A stretch of DNA of 64,000 bases from an uncultured delta proteobacterium. GTDB lineage: Bacteria; Myxococcota_A; Polyangia; Polyangiales; Polyangiaceae. The DNA is taken from assembly GCA_963806225.1 (NCBI GenBank), contig CAWDXG010000001.1, forward strand, positions 2,006,264 through 2,070,263, read 5' to 3'. How positions within the stretch are numbered: position 1 is the stretch's first letter; each line of letters opens with the position of its first letter. The position numbers and the translations under genes were made by a program. Shown in pieces: positions 1-11,256 of this stretch. The notes beneath the pieces are model-generated. The model did not search any database, was not told the origin of the DNA, and saw only the letters and a program-made list of their open reading frames with translations.

Positions 1-28
1 AAGGGTCGCGGCTTCGATCTGGTCGAGC

Positions 29-937
29 TCAACGTGCGTTGAAGCCGCGCAGCACAGCGTACAGGGTCGCGTCCCGCCGCTGTCCGAGCGCCACGAGCTG
101 TCCGTCGGCGTCGAGCCAGGCCACGGCGCGGCTGCCCGGATCGCCGTGGATCGCCTCGGCGTCCTCGCTGAAGTCTGCGGCTTCCAGCTTCTGGCCGAGA
201 CGCGCCCGTTTCGCGCCGCGCTCGGTCAGCTGCGTGCTCGGCAGCGCGCGGCGGGCCGCGTCGGCGACCGGGATGGGCGTTACTACGCCGACAGGTGGCC
301 AGGGCACGGCCTCGTCGATGTGGAAAGGGCCGCTGGAAAGGCGCCGCAACGCGGACAGATGCGCCGGGACGCCGAGCCGCGCGCCCAGATCGCGTGCCAG
401 CGCGCGCACGTAGTAGCCCTTCGAGACCGTCATCTCGAGCGTGATGGCGGCGGGTTCGAGCGCCACCAGCTCGAGCTGCTCGACCCGCACCACGCGCGGC
501 GGGAGCTCCACGTGCTCGCCGCGGCGGCTCTTCCGGTGCGCGCGCTGTCCCGCCACCTTGATAGCGCTGAACACGGGCGGGATCTGCTCCCGTCGTTCCG
601 TTTCCGCCGCGATGGCGGCGAGCACCGCCTCGCGCGTGGCCGACCCCGGCTCGAGCTCGCGCTCGTCGGTGGTGTCCCCTTCGGCGTCCAGCGTGTCGGT
701 GCTGCGGCCGAGCGCGACGACCGCGCGATAGCGCTTGTCGTCGAGCGTCAGATGGCCAGAGAGCTTCGTTGCTTCCCCCAGCAGCACGAGCAGCACACCC
801 GTCGCCATCGGGTCCAACGTGCCGGCGTGGCCGGCATGCCGCGTGTCGAACAACCGTCGCGCCTGGGCCACCACCTTCTGGCTGGTGGGCCCGCGCGGCT
901 TGTCGACGACCACGACCCCTTCGAGGGAATGCGCCAT
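29..937 (-). CDS. truB: tRNA pseudouridine(55) synthase TruB
   Basis: Motifs VVDKPRGPTS, AGHAGTLDPMATGVL, QIPPVFSAIKVAG, SKGYYVRALARDLG. Confidence 0.97.
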   Translation of the reverse strand: MAHSLEGVVVVDKPRGPTSQKVVAQARRLFDTRHAGHAGTLDPMATGVLLVLLGEATKLSGHLTLDDKRYRAVVALGRSTDTLDAEGDTTDERELEPGSATREAVLAAIAAETERREQIPPVFSAIKVAGQRAHRKSRRGEHVELPPRVVRVEQLELVALEPAAITLEMTVSKGYYVRALARDLGARLGVPAHLSALRRLSSGPFHIDEAVPWPPVGVVTPIPVADAARRALPSTQLTERGAKRARLGQKLEAADFSEDAEAIHGDPGSRAVAWLDADGQLVALGQRRDATLYAVLRGFNAR

Positions 938-956
938 GGCTCTGCGGTCGGCGGAC

Positions 957-2559
957 TCAGCCGAACCAGACGCTCTGCCGCTCCCTCAGTGCGTTGTCGA
1001 GCATGCGCTGGATGGTCGTGCGCACCTGCTCCGACAGCCGCCCGACCAGCACGTGATCGTCGGCGGCTTCCGGTCCGTACTCGTCGAAACGGATTGGCTC
1101 GCCGAAGCGGATGCGCCACTTGGTAGGCGCGGGCAAAAGGCCGAGCGGGCCCAGCCACGGGAAGGTGGGCGTGACCGGGATGTAGGGCAGACCGAACGCC
1201 CGCGACAGGTACTCGACCCGGTACAGCATCGGATTGGTCTCTTCCGCTCCGAGGATTGCGCAGGGTACGAGCGGAGTCTGCGTGCGCAGGCACAGGCGGA
1301 TGTAGCCGCCCCGCCCGAATCGCTGCAGCCGGTAGCGATCGCGGTACAGCTTGCCGACGCCTTTGATGCCCTCGGGAAACACACCGACCAGCCGTCCCTG
1401 CTTCAGGAGTCGCTCGGCGTTTTCCTGACAGGCGCGGACCGCCCCGATGCGGTTCATGAACGCGCCCATGAAGGGCAGGTAGTAGATGAAGTCCTCGGTC
1501 AGCCAGCGCAGCTCGCGCGCTGCCGGATGCTCGAGACGCACGGCCGTGCGCAGCATCATGCCGTCGAACGGCACCGTTCCCGAGTGGTTGGCGACGACCA
1601 GACAGCGGCCCTCTGCGGGGATGCTCTCGACCCCGCGTGTCTCGCTGCGGAAGTAGCGCTTGTAAAGGAAATCGAACAGCGGCCGGAGCCTCTTTTCGTA
1701 GGTGGGGTCCAGCCCGAAGTCGTCGACCTCCTCGGAGCGGTTGCGCATGCCGATGCGCCCCCACTGCCGGATGTAGTAGTCGCTGGACGAAAGCTCGCGG
1801 ACAGCGTCCACGACGCCGCCGTCGTCGCTGCCTGGTCGTTCAAGCGGTAGCGGCGCGGAAAGTCGATCCACGACCGCGCGCGCCGCGCTGCCCACCTGTT
1901 CGCGGATCGAGGGTGGCGGCTCGCTCTCGTCATCGCGCGGTCCGCCCGCGCGGCGGATCATTCCGTCGAGCCGCGCCTCCAGCGCGCGGATCTGCGCCTC
2001 GACTTCCTGTTGCGTGAGCTCGAAGTTGCCCGTGTCGGCCGGTCCGGGCGGCTCGCTCGGCGGCGCGACGTCCTCGCCGTACGCCATCACCGGCGGGACG
2101 ATCCGCGACCCGATGCCGAGCGCGTGCGGGTCCTCCGCGTCTTCGTAGCGCGCGCGGCGGCCGCTGCGCGCGGGGCGCTCGGCAGCCTCCGGCGAGCTCG
2201 CTTCCGGCGTCTGCTCCGGCTTGTCCGGCTTGTCCCCGGGCGCTGCCGTCTGCTCCCGCTTGTCCCCGGTGGTCTTGTTCTTCGCTGTCCTGCGCGACGC
2301 AGTCCGCTGCTCGCTGTCACTGCGCGTCTTCGCGGCTGCGCGCTTCCTGGGGGTGCGGCGGGTGCGCGCTTTCTTCTTCGCCGGCTTCTTCGGCGGCGTC
2401 GCTTCCTCCTTGCCCTGCGGCTCGCCGCCGCTCGCTTGTGCGTCGCGCCGCCGCTTCGCGGGCGACGCGCTTCGGCCGGCTCGACCGGCCGGCGTCCGCC
2501 GCAGCGTCGCTGTCCGGCGCGACCGGGTCCTTGTCCTTGTCGGGGGGCTTCGCGGTCAC
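957..2559 (-). CDS. Lysophospholipid/PlsC-family acyltransferase with a long basic N-terminal extension
   Basis: NHSG..PFD and VFPEG motifs. The frame of ORF 957..2090 stays open upstream (KKPAKKKARTRRTPRKRAAAK). A likely GTG start at 2559 overlaps the upstream stop and needs one indel near 2460; the minimal ORF is 957..2090. Confidence 0.8.
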
Positions 2560-3652
2560 GCTGGCGTCTCCGAGAGTAGCTTCGCGTCGCGCAGGTGCTG
2601 CGCGCTGGCGTAGTCGATGAGCGCTTCGCGCGTCGTGTACACCGGGGAAAATCCCATCACCTTGCGCGCGTGCTCTCCGTCCGCGACGCACAGATACTGG
2701 AAGTAGTCGATGAACGAAGGCGGCGCCTCGGCCAGCTGTGCGAGCCAGAGCGCGCTCGCGATGGGCTGGTACACGCGAGCGTGGCAGCGGGATGCCGACG
2801 CGCCCTGCAAGCTTGATGGTCGTGCTGAGCGGCAGCACGCCCTCGCCGACGATGTTGAAGATGCCGGGCGTATCGCGGTCGATGGCCAGCTTGAACGCCG
2901 CGATGGCGTCCGCCTCGTGCACGAACTGCCAGAGCGGATCGAAGCCGAGCACCGTGGGTACGATACGCCGGCTGAGGTAGCGGGTGAGATAGTTGTCTAC
3001 AGTCGGGCCCAGGATCGGCGCCGTCCTGCAGGATCGTGACGACACGTCCCTTGCCGGGCCTTCCGAAGCGCAGCGCGTCGTTTTCCGCTTCGATCTTGTC
3101 GGCAAAGAACGGCTCCTCGCGCCGGGCGCGGAGCGGATGCTTCTCGGTGAGGAAGTTCGGGTTGGTCGGGTGCGCGCCGTACAGCACGGTCTGGCTCCAC
3201 ATGACCAGCTTGTGCACGCGCGCCCGCCGGCAGGCGTTGAGCACGTGCATCGTGCCGACGCTTTCCAGCTCGTGCGCCCATCCCGCCGAGTGGGTCGGCG
3301 ACGCGAGAAAGGCCAGGTGCGCCAGCGTGTCGACGCCCTCTGCCGCGAAGATCTCGGCGAGACGCTCCTCGGTGGCAGGCTGGGTCAGGTCGATGTCGTA
3401 GAGCCGCGTCCTCGCCCCGGCGGTGGGGGGCGTCTTCACGTCCAGGCTGACGATGCGGCGGACGCGCGGATCTTCCTCGAGAAGACCGATAAGGTTCTGT
3501 CCGACGAAGGAGCTGGCGCCGGTCACGGCAACCACGCGTCCTTCGCGTCCGCGGCTCACCTCGCGCGAGCCGCTGCGCGCGAGCGATCCGCGCGTCCCGC
3601 CCCCGGAACCCTGTGCAGCTTCGGCGGATCCGCCTTTTCGCCGGCTAGCCAT
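2556..3652 (-). CDS. NAD-dependent epimerase/dehydratase (frameshifted near 3030 and 2780)
   Basis: VAVTGASSFVG Rossmann motif, HLAF, QFVHEADA, GIFNIVGEG, spread over three frames. Confidence 0.85.
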
Positions 3653-3896
3653 GGTCGCCGAGAAAGTAATGACAGCCCGTGGCAAATTGAAAGGCGATTG
3701 TCACGCCGTGCGCCTGGATGCCCTGCCGGCCCGCAAATCACGGTACTGTCGCGGCCGCTTCGAGCCGGCAGGTCCGGTCGATGTAGGTTGTGGTGCGACG
3801 CTGTCCCCCTGATGATAATCCACGGCCCGGCCGCCCACGGACACACAAGGGGATGAGTCTGTCGCCACTGGTGCGTTTGCGCTATTGTAGTGGCAG

Positions 3897-5972
3897 ATGG
3901 CCGGTCTTTGCGTCGCCTCGGGTCACCGGCTCGGTCCCTACGAGCTCGGCGAACGCCTCGGTGCTGGAGGCATGGCGGAAGTCTACGTCGCACGACGCGC
4001 CGGTCCGCACGGTTTCGCGAAGCGTTTCGCGATCAAGCGCATCCTGCCGCAGCTGTCGCGCGACTCGCGATTCGTGGCGATGTTCTGCGACGAGGCGCGC
4101 ATCTGCGCTGCGCTTTCCCATCCGAACATCGTCCAGGTCGTCGATTTCGGGGAGCACGACGGCGAGCTGTTCATGGCGATGGAGTACGTGGACGGTATCT
4201 CCGGAGCCAGGCTGCTCCGCTCCGTCGCGTCGCGCGGCGAACGTTTCCCGCTCGGAGCTTCGCTGTTCATCGCGCACGAGATCCTGCGCGCGCTCGTCGT
4301 TCGCGCACGAGGCCCGCGACGAGGAGGGTCGCTCGTTCGGCATCGTGCACCGCGACGTCTCCCCCGGCAATATCCTGATCGGTCGCGCCGGAGAGGTGAA
4401 GCTCACCGACTTCGGCATCGTGCGCAGCGCGTTCGTCGACCGCCGCACCTATCCCGGCGAGCTCAAGGGCAAGATGGGCTACATGTCGCCCGAACAGGTG
4501 ATTGGCGCGGAGGTGGATGCGCGCAGCGATCTGTTTGCGGTCGGCATCGTGCTGGCCGAGATGCTGCTCGCGCGCCCGCTCTTCCCGGGGCGCAACGAGC
4601 TGGACATCCTCACCCGCATCCACGAGGCCGACCTGCGCGTGCTCGAGCGCTACGGCGACGACCTGCCGCCGGATCTCGTCGCCGTGCTGCGCACCGCGCT
4701 CGCCCGCGATCGCATCCGCACGCTTCCAGTCGGCGCGCGATTTCGCCGATGCGCTCCGGGCGCGTGGCGCGCCGCGCAGGGCGTGGCGCTCACCGACGCC
4801 GATCTGGTTCCGTGGCTGTCGAGCCTGGGCGTCCTGCCGTCGCAGAGCGGCATGCACGAGGCCAGCACGCTCACGGGCGGCGCTGCGCCGGACCGGGCGC
4901 GGCGCAAGGCCGCGCGCATCGCCGCGGCCGCGCGCAACGCCAGCGCCAGGCTCGCGGCCGTACACCCGCTCCACGAGCCCGCTCCGCGCAGCGACGCGCC
5001 CGCGGTCGAGTCGTCGCGCTACCACGTGCGCATGGGCGCCGGCGCGCTGCTCGGTCCGCTGTCGCTTGCCGCAGGTGCTCGAGCTCGTCGCCACCGGCCG
5101 CCTCGCCCCGGAGACGCTGGTCAGCGAGGACGGCGACGGCTTCCGCCCCGCCCGGCAGATCGAAGCGCTCGCCTTCCTCACGTCGCGGCCCGCCTACCGC
5201 TTCAGCGTGCCGGACGCGGCGAGCGCCCGCTGGCATAGCCAGCTCGACCGCGCCCAGCTGCCCGCGCTGCTCTTCGATCTGGTGCTGCGTCGCGAGACCG
5301 GCGTACTGGTCGCGAAGAGCAGCCGCCGCCAGAAGCGCATCTACTTCGACGACGGCGCTGTGCGCTTCATCAGCTCGACGGATCGCGGCGAGCTGCTCGG
5401 GACGCGGCTGGTCCACGCCGGGTTGGCGTCGAAGGCGGAAGTGGAACGCGCGCTCGTCGAGTGTAGCGAGCGCGGCCAGGGTCACCTGGGCGAGGCTCTG
5501 GTCGATATCGGCGCGCTCAGGCCGATGTCGCTGCTCCGGGCGCTCGTCGAACAGGTCGAGGCGAGGTTCGACGATCTGCTTCGGTGGACCGAAGGCGAGC
5601 TGTGGTTCGTGCGCGGCGAGCAGGCGGGAGAGGATCGCATCCGCGCCCAGATGCCGTCGGCCGAGTTGCTCACCCGTGCCGTGCGCGCCGGCTACGGCGA
5701 GCGCGAGCTGCTCGCATTCCTCGGGCCCCGGCGCGCCGAGCCGATCGCGCGCGTTCCCGGCGCCCGCATCACGCCGGCGCGCCTCGCGCTGCCGATCGCG
5801 GAGCGGCGCGCGCTGGAGCTTGCCGGAGGCTCGCCTTCGCTGGAGGCGCTGGTGGCGCGTCTGGCTGCCGACAGACGTCGCGACGCCGGAGCAGGCGCTC
5901 AGGGCGGTCTTCGTCGGTCTCTCGGCAGGGCTCATCGCCATGCCCGGCTGGCGCGTCCGCTCGGCGCTCTAG
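3897..5972 (+). CDS. Ser/Thr protein kinase with a C-terminal DUF4388-like domain (several indels)
   Basis: LGAGGMAEVY, AIKRILP, IVHRDVSPGNIL, DFGI, YMSPEQ; C-terminal RRETGVLV..KRIYFDDG..ELLGTRL. Confidence 0.88.
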   Translation: MAGLCVASGHRLGPYELGERLGAGGMAEVYVARRAGPHGFAKRFAIKRILPQLSRDSRFVAMFCDEARICAALSHPNIVQVVDFGEHDGELFMAMEYVDGISGARLLRSVASRGERFPLGASLFIAHEILRALVVRARGPRRGGSLVRHRAPRRLPRQYPDRSRRRGEAHRLRHRAQRVRRPPHLSRRAQGQDGLHVARTGDWRGGGCAQRSVCGRHRAGRDAARAPALPGAQRAGHPHPHPRGRPARARALRRRPAAGSRRRAAHRARPRSHPHASSRRAISPMRSGRVARRAGRGAHRRRSGSVAVEPGRPAVAERHARGQHAHGRRCAGPGAAQGRAHRRGRAQRQRQARGRTPAPRARSAQRRARGRVVALPRAHGRRRAARSAVACRRCSSSSPPAASPRRRWSARTATASAPPGRSKRSPSSRRGPPTASACRTRRAPAGIASSTAPSCPRCSSIWCCVARPAYWSRRAAAARSASTSTTALCASSARRIAASCSGRGWSTPGWRRRRKWNARSSSVASAARVTWARLWSISARSGRCRCSGRSSNRSRRGSTICFGGPKASCGSCAASRRERIASAPRCRRPSCSPVPCAPATASASCSHSSGPGAPSRSRAFPAPASRRRASRCRSRSGARWSLPEARLRWRRWWRVWLPTDVATPEQALRAVFVGLSAGLIAMPGWRVRSAL

Positions 5973-5994
5973 CGCTCGGGAGCCGGCGCTCCGG

Positions 5995-7779
5995 CTACGA
6001 GCGCGACGAGGGCGGACCGGTGGGCCCGAGGCTCCGGCTGTCTGGCGGCCGATTGCTCAGCGTCCGCACGGAGTTCGGCGGGCTGGAATCGGCGCTGCCG
6101 GGTTCGAGGCTCTCGCGCAGATCGCCGATGCCGACGGGCTTGAACAGCGTGCGGCAGCCCGAGCGCTTGATGTAGTCGGCCTCGCTCTTGCTGAGTCCGC
6201 CGCCGGTGACGAAGACGAAGCGCCGGGCCAGCTCGGGCCGCGAGCTGGCGACGCGCGCGTGCAGCGCGTTGCCGTTCGCTCCCGGCAGGAACACGTCGCA
6301 CAGCACTACGTCGGGCGTCCACTCCGGATCGAGCAGGGCGAACTCGGCTTCGGACGCTGTGGCTGCAGTGCGCACGTCGTGCGGGCGGAGAGCGCGGCGG
6401 ATGGAGCGCGAGAACACCGGGTCGTCGTCGACCACCAGCACGCGTCGCGGAGCGACCGGCAGCGGCTCGGGCACTGGCTCCGGCTGCACGGGAGCGACGG
6501 GGTGCACGCCGCTGCTGTCGTCGGTGCGCGGCAGGAGCACGCGGAACGTCGCTCCGCCCTCGGGGCGGTTCTGCACCTCGATGTGGCCGCCGTGCGCCGA
6601 CACCACGTCGCTGCAGATCTTCAGTCCGAGGCCGGTTCCCTTGCCGCGCTGCTTGGTGCGTGTAGAAGGGCTCGAAGATCATGCGCACTGCGTCGTCCGG
6701 CACGCCCGGCCCCGTGTCCTCGACCACGAGTACGACGTGATCGTCTTCGCTGCTGGGCGCGGACGCTGATCTGCGGGTGCTCGTCGCCCGTGTTCTCGCA
6801 GGCGTCGGCGGCGTTGAACACCAGGTTCAGCACGACCTGCCCCAGGTTGTCGCGGCGGCCGGTGGTGAAGCAGTCCGGGTCGAGCTGCTCGATGAGGGTG
6901 ATGCCGCGGTGCTCGAGGTGCGGGCGTGCGACGGAGAGCGATTCGCGCACCACCGTGCCCAGGTCGAGCTCCTCCGGCTCGCTGTCGCGGCGGCTCAGAG
7001 TCGACAGCTGTTCGGTGGTGTCGCGCATGCGGGCTACCGCGGCTTCGATGTCGTTGGTCAGCTCGTCGAGCTCGGCGACGGTGCCGCCGAGCGCGCTGTC
7101 GCTGGAGCCGCCCAGGACCGTCAGCTGTTCCAGAAGGCGCCGCTGCTCGTCGAGCTGCAGCACCAGCGCGCCCACCGGCCCGCGCAGCTCGTGCGCGACG
7201 CTCGCCGTGAGCAGGCCCAGACTGGCCATGCGCCCGGCTTCCTCGATCTCGTCGCGCTGGAGCCGCTCGCGTTCCAGCCTGCGATCGCGATCGAGAGCGA
7301 GCGCCAGCATGTGGGCAACCGTCTCGGCGAAGGTTGCCGCCTCGTCATCCAGCCCCGAGCGCTTGGCGAACAGCAGCAAGAGCGCGCCGAGCGGACTGCG
7401 ACGGTGCTCGATGGGCACCGCCAGCACCGCCGTGTAGCCGATCGCACTGAGCTCGCCCGCGTCGGCGATCTGCGACTTTTCGCTGCGGACGTCCGCGAGC
7501 CACAGCGGGCGGCGTCCGGTCGCCGCGCGTTCCGCGATCGAGCGCAGGAGCGCGCGGATCCGCGAGCGGTCGCCCACGGTAGCGCCGAAGCCCGCGCTCG
7601 GCGACCTGGTCGAGCGCGTCGTGGCCGGTCACGGCGAATGCGGCGCCGGCCTCCGCCGCCGAGGCGTCCAGCAACAGGTCGAGCGCGTCGCCGAGCACAC
7701 CGCCGCTCGACTCGCCGGCTAGGCGCGTCGCCAGGATGAGCAGGGACTCGAGCCGTCGCAGGCGCAGCGTGCTGGACAT
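5995..7779 (-). CDS. Hybrid sensor histidine kinase/response regulator with a GAF-like N-terminus (indels)
   Basis: [11 protein letters not shown]-box, [14 protein letters not shown]-box, EDTGPGV and FEPFYT, receiver VLVVDDD..CDVFLPG..FKP. Confidence 0.88.
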
Positions 7780-7819
7780 GGGATGACGCGCCGCCTCGAC
7801 CCACGGCGCATCTTCCACA

Positions 7820-8434
7820 CTATCTGGATTCTCGACTGGATGCTACGGGCGTGAGTTCCCGGCGCAGCACCGGATACGGCTTGAAATCGAACACCTCGCG
7901 GAAGCCGGCATCCGTCAACGTTCCGACCGGTCCGGTCCACATCTCGTGCGCCGACAGCGCGTCACCGCGGCGCGGGAACGCCTCGATCGCCCGCGCTCCC
8001 CAGCGCGGGGCGAGCTCCACCGCGGCGTCGACCAGCGCCCGCGCGACCCCGCGTCGTCTCCACGCCTCGTCCACGAGGAAACAGCCGATGGTGAACACGC
8101 CGCTGCGCTCGCCTTCGAAACAGGGGAGCCCACGATATAGCCGCTGGGCGTAGAGTTTCTGCATGACGCTGGCCGGGGCGAGCTTCATCCAGCCCACGAT
8201 CTGGCCGTCGCCGAGCGCGACAAGGCCGCGCGCTTCGTCCGAGCGCCCGGCGAGCCGCCCGGACAGCTCGCGGCGGCTCTCCGCGGATGCGTTCGCGCAG
8301 CGGTCCTCCCAGGCGTTCTTGTCGCCTTCGAAATGCCACCAGCGGCAGAAACACGGCGAATCGTTGCGCTCGAACAGGGCCGAGAGCCCTGCAGCGTGCT
8401 CCGGGCCGGCCGCTTCGACCTCGACGCCGCTCAC
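7820..8434 (-). CDS. GNAT family N-acetyltransferase
   Basis: CFCRWWHF, GCFLVDEAWRRRGVARAL, IEAFP; GTG start overlaps the gatA stop. Confidence 0.85.
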   Translation of the reverse strand: MSGVEVEAAGPEHAAGLSALFERNDSPCFCRWWHFEGDKNAWEDRCANASAESRRELSGRLAGRSDEARGLVALGDGQIVGWMKLAPASVMQKLYAQRLYRGLPCFEGERSGVFTIGCFLVDEAWRRRGVARALVDAAVELAPRWGARAIEAFPRRGDALSAHEMWTGPVGTLTDAGFREVFDFKPYPVLRRELTPVASSRESR

Positions 8435-9918
8435 CGTGCGGGCCTCCGGGGCGGACACAGCGCCTCGTGCGCCGAAGCCAGCGTGAACAGCCGTTCCTCG
8501 GCGAAGGCAGGAGCCAGGAGCTGCAGCCCCGTGGGCAGCTCGGGGCGGTCGGCCTTCGCCGGCACCGGGCGGCACGGCACGCTCAGGCCCGCGATGCCCG
8601 CCAGGCTCGCAGGCAGCGTGTACACGTCCGCCAGGTACATCGCCAGGGGGTCCTCGACGCGCTCGCCGAGCTTGAACGCCGGCACGGGGCTGGTGGGTGC
8701 TGCCAGCACGTCCACTGCCTCGAACGCGCGGTCGAAGTCCTGCTTGACCAGCGTGCGCGCGCGCTGCGCCTTCAGGTAGTACGCGTCGTAATAGCCGGCG
8801 CTCAGCACGTAGGTGCCGAGCAGGATGCGGCGCTTGACCTCGGCGCCGAAGCCGGCGTCGCGCGTGGCGCCGTACATCGCGGAGAGATCGCCTGCCGGCG
8901 GCTCGACGCGCAGCCCGAACCGCACCCCGTCGAAGCGTGCCAGGTTGCTCGAGGCTTCCGCCGTCGCGACGATGTAGTACGTCGCCACGCCATAGCGCGT
9001 GTGCGGCATCTTCACGGGGTGGATTTCGCAGCCCTCGCGCTCGAGCGCGGCGATCGCATCGCGCACGCTCCGTTCCACGTCCGGGTCGAGTCCCTCGCCG
9101 AAGTACTCCTCCGGCACGCCGATGCGCAGGCCCTTGATTTCGCGGCCGCAGGCGGCCTCGTAGTCGCCGACCGCGGCGGTCGCGCAGGTGGAGTCGTGCG
9201 GATCGCCGCCCGCGATCGCGCCGAGCAGGCGCGCCGCGCTCTTCGTGTCCCGCGCGATGGGTCCGACCTGGTCGAGGCTGGACGCGAAGGCGACCAGGCC
9301 GTAGCGCGACACGCGGCCGTAGCTCGGCTTGACGCCGACCACGCCCGTGAGCGCCGCCGGCTGGCGTATCGAGCCGCCCGTGTCGCTGCCCAGCGCGCCG
9401 GGGGTCATGCCCGCGGCAACCGCCACGGCGCTTCCGCCGCTCGAGCCGCCCGGAATGCGCTCCGGATCCCAGGGATTCCTCGCGGGGCCGAAGGCGCTGT
9501 TCTCGTTCGACGAGCCCATCGCGAACTCGTCCATGTTCGTCTTGCCGACCATCAGTGCGCCGGCCGCCCTGAGCCGCTCCACCACCGTCGCGTCGTAGGG
9601 CGGCTGCCAGCCGCGCCCGTCGCGGCGCGCCAGGATGCGTGAGCCTGCCGTGGTGGGCGCGTCGCGCGTGCACAGGGCGTCCTTCACCGCGATCGGCACG
9701 CCGCCCAGGGGACCGAGCGGCACGCCGCGGCGCCGTCGCGCGTCCACTTCACGAGCCGCTTCCAGCGCGGAGTCGCGCGCCACGTGCAGGAACGCGCCCA
9801 GCTCTGCTCCGGCGTCGATGGCGTCCAGACTCGCCCGGGCCAGCTCCTCCGCACTCGCTTCGCCGCTCTGGACGGCCGCGGCCATCCCGGCGATGCCGAG
9901 CTCCAGAAGCTCGCTCAT
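8431..9918 (-). CDS. gatA: Asp/Glu-tRNA amidotransferase subunit A
   Basis: GKTNMDEFAMGSS, PGGSSGGSA, GSDTGGSIRQPA, EVKRRILLGTYVLSAGYYDAYY. Confidence 0.98.
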   Translation of the reverse strand: MSELLELGIAGMAAAVQSGEASAEELARASLDAIDAGAELGAFLHVARDSALEAAREVDARRRRGVPLGPLGGVPIAVKDALCTRDAPTTAGSRILARRDGRGWQPPYDATVVERLRAAGALMVGKTNMDEFAMGSSNENSAFGPARNPWDPERIPGGSSGGSAVAVAAGMTPGALGSDTGGSIRQPAALTGVVGVKPSYGRVSRYGLVAFASSLDQVGPIARDTKSAARLLGAIAGGDPHDSTCATAAVGDYEAACGREIKGLRIGVPEEYFGEGLDPDVERSVRDAIAALEREGCEIHPVKMPHTRYGVATYYIVATAEASSNLARFDGVRFGLRVEPPAGDLSAMYGATRDAGFGAEVKRRILLGTYVLSAGYYDAYYLKAQRARTLVKQDFDRAFEAVDVLAAPTSPVPAFKLGERVEDPLAMYLADVYTLPASLAGIAGLSVPCRPVPAKADRPELPTGLQLLAPAFAEERLFTLASAHEALCPPRRPAR

Positions 9919-9949
9919 CCGGCTGCCTCGCCCACGGAATCAGCCGGGC

Positions 9950-10243
9950 TCATGACTCGTCCACGAACGCCGGTACGGCGAAGCTGCCGTCGCTGGTCCG
10001 TGGCGCCTCCGCCAGCGCCTCGTCCGCCGAGAGCCCCCGCGCGGGCTCGTCCGCTCTGAGCGGCGCGCCCTCGACGGCGATCTGCGCCGTGGCGGGCACC
10101 TGGCTCGTGTCGAGCTCGCCCAGCTGCGCCACGTAGTCGAGGATGCCGCCCAGATCGCGGATCATCCGCTCCACCTCGTCGTCGCCGAGCTCCAGCCGCG
10201 CCAGCTGGGCCACGTGCAGCACGTCCTGTCGTGAGATCGCCAT
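9950..10243 (-). CDS. gatC: Asp/Glu-tRNA amidotransferase subunit C
   Basis: MAISRQDVLHVAQLARLEL...LRADE...FAVP, directly upstream of gatA. Confidence 0.95.
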   Translation of the reverse strand: MAISRQDVLHVAQLARLELGDDEVERMIRDLGGILDYVAQLGELDTSQVPATAQIAVEGAPLRADEPARGLSADEALAEAPRTSDGSFAVPAFVDES

Positions 10244-10296
10244 CGCCGGGGCGCGGAGCCTAGAACAGCCGCCCGGGGCCTGCCAGTCGGGTCCGT

Positions 10297-10415
10297 TCCG
10301 GGTGGCGGGCCCCCGGCCGGGTGCTTGCGCCCGGCCTTGGTGGGCCCGCGCCGCGCGCAGCCCGCAGGGCGAGCACGGCGCTCCGCGAAGCGGCGCTTGG
10401 CGCGGGGGGCATCCC
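10297..10415 (+). repeat. Structured dispersed element, copy 1
   Basis: Aligns with 18162..18280 (GGGCCCCC-hairpin-GGGCCC, CGCGCGCAG, GAGCACGGCGC, GCGCGGGGG-CA-CCC). Confidence 0.75.
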
Positions 10416-10454
10416 GCTGGTGGGCAAGTTGAAGCTGGGTCTCGGAAAGGCCCG
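10407..10454. repeat. Degenerate copy of the 48-bp GGGCATTT/AAATGCCC hairpin (REP-like)
   Basis: GGGCAT...CAAGTTGAAGCTG...GAAAGGCCCG resembles the reverse complement of the unit at 27669. Confidence 0.5.
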
Positions 10455-10698
10455 AGGAGATGAGCTTGCGCTTCAAAAAAGGTGCTCCAAGTGTTGGAAT
10501 GGGCGTCGGAAATCTGGATCATTCGAGCGCGACGGCGAGCGTGAGCGATTCCGGGTCTACTGCAGCCGCTGGAAACGGGGCGGGTGCGACGTTTCCAGGC
10601 CGCGGTCCGGGGTCTGGTGGCGGCGGGCGGTGGGCGGACCTATGCACAGCGGAATTCCGGCTGTTTCGGATTCGGTTCCGGTCGACTAGAAAGTGCGC

Positions 10699-11256
10699 AT
10701 GAACGAGGTGGGCGCGACGCAAGCCGGTGTGCAGAGTGGATGGCAGCCGCCGCCGGGTGGGGGCTATCCGCCGCCGGGTCCGCCGGGTCCGCCGGGTGGG
10801 GGCTATCCGCCGCCGGGTCCGCCGGGTGGGGGCTATCCGCCGCCGGGAGCGCCGCCGGGTGGGTATCCGCCGCCCGCGCCGCCGGGCGGGGGCGGGTTCG
10901 CGCCGGCGCAGCCGCCTGGCGGGGGCAAGCCGGTGACGGGCAGCCCGCAGACGATGGCGCTGTACGCGACGACTCTCGATCCGGCCACCGGGATGCCCCG
11001 CGGCGAGAAACCGCCCGCCAGCACGGCGGCGGTGGTGGCGCTGATCTGCGGCTTCCTTCTATGCCTCGGGCCGCTCACCGGCATCACGGCGATCGTGGCC
11101 GGCTTCATGGGACGCAAGGCCGCGCGCGAAAACCCCGGCACCGTGGGCGGCGGCGGCATGGCGCTGGCGGGCATCATTCTCGGCGCCGTGAATCTGCTGC
11201 TGTCACGTGGTGTGGTTCGTGCTCTTCCTCGTGCAGGAGTTCGGATGATCGGATGA
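10699..11256 (+). CDS. Proline/glycine-rich DUF4190-like membrane protein
   Basis: GGYPPPGPP repeats, then two hydrophobic helices (AVVALICG..., ALAGIILG); probable indel near the 3' end. Confidence 0.75.
   Translation: MNEVGATQAGVQSGWQPPPGGGYPPPGPPGPPGGGYPPPGPPGGGYPPPGAPPGGYPPPAPPGGGGFAPAQPPGGGKPVTGSPQTMALYATTLDPATGMPRGEKPPASTAAVVALICGFLLCLGPLTGITAIVAGFMGRKAARENPGTVGGGGMALAGIILGAVNLLLSRGVVRALPRAGVRMIG

Noticed and set aside
10740..10900. Non-coding tandem repeat
   Set aside because: It encodes the GGYPPPGPP repeats of the membrane protein.
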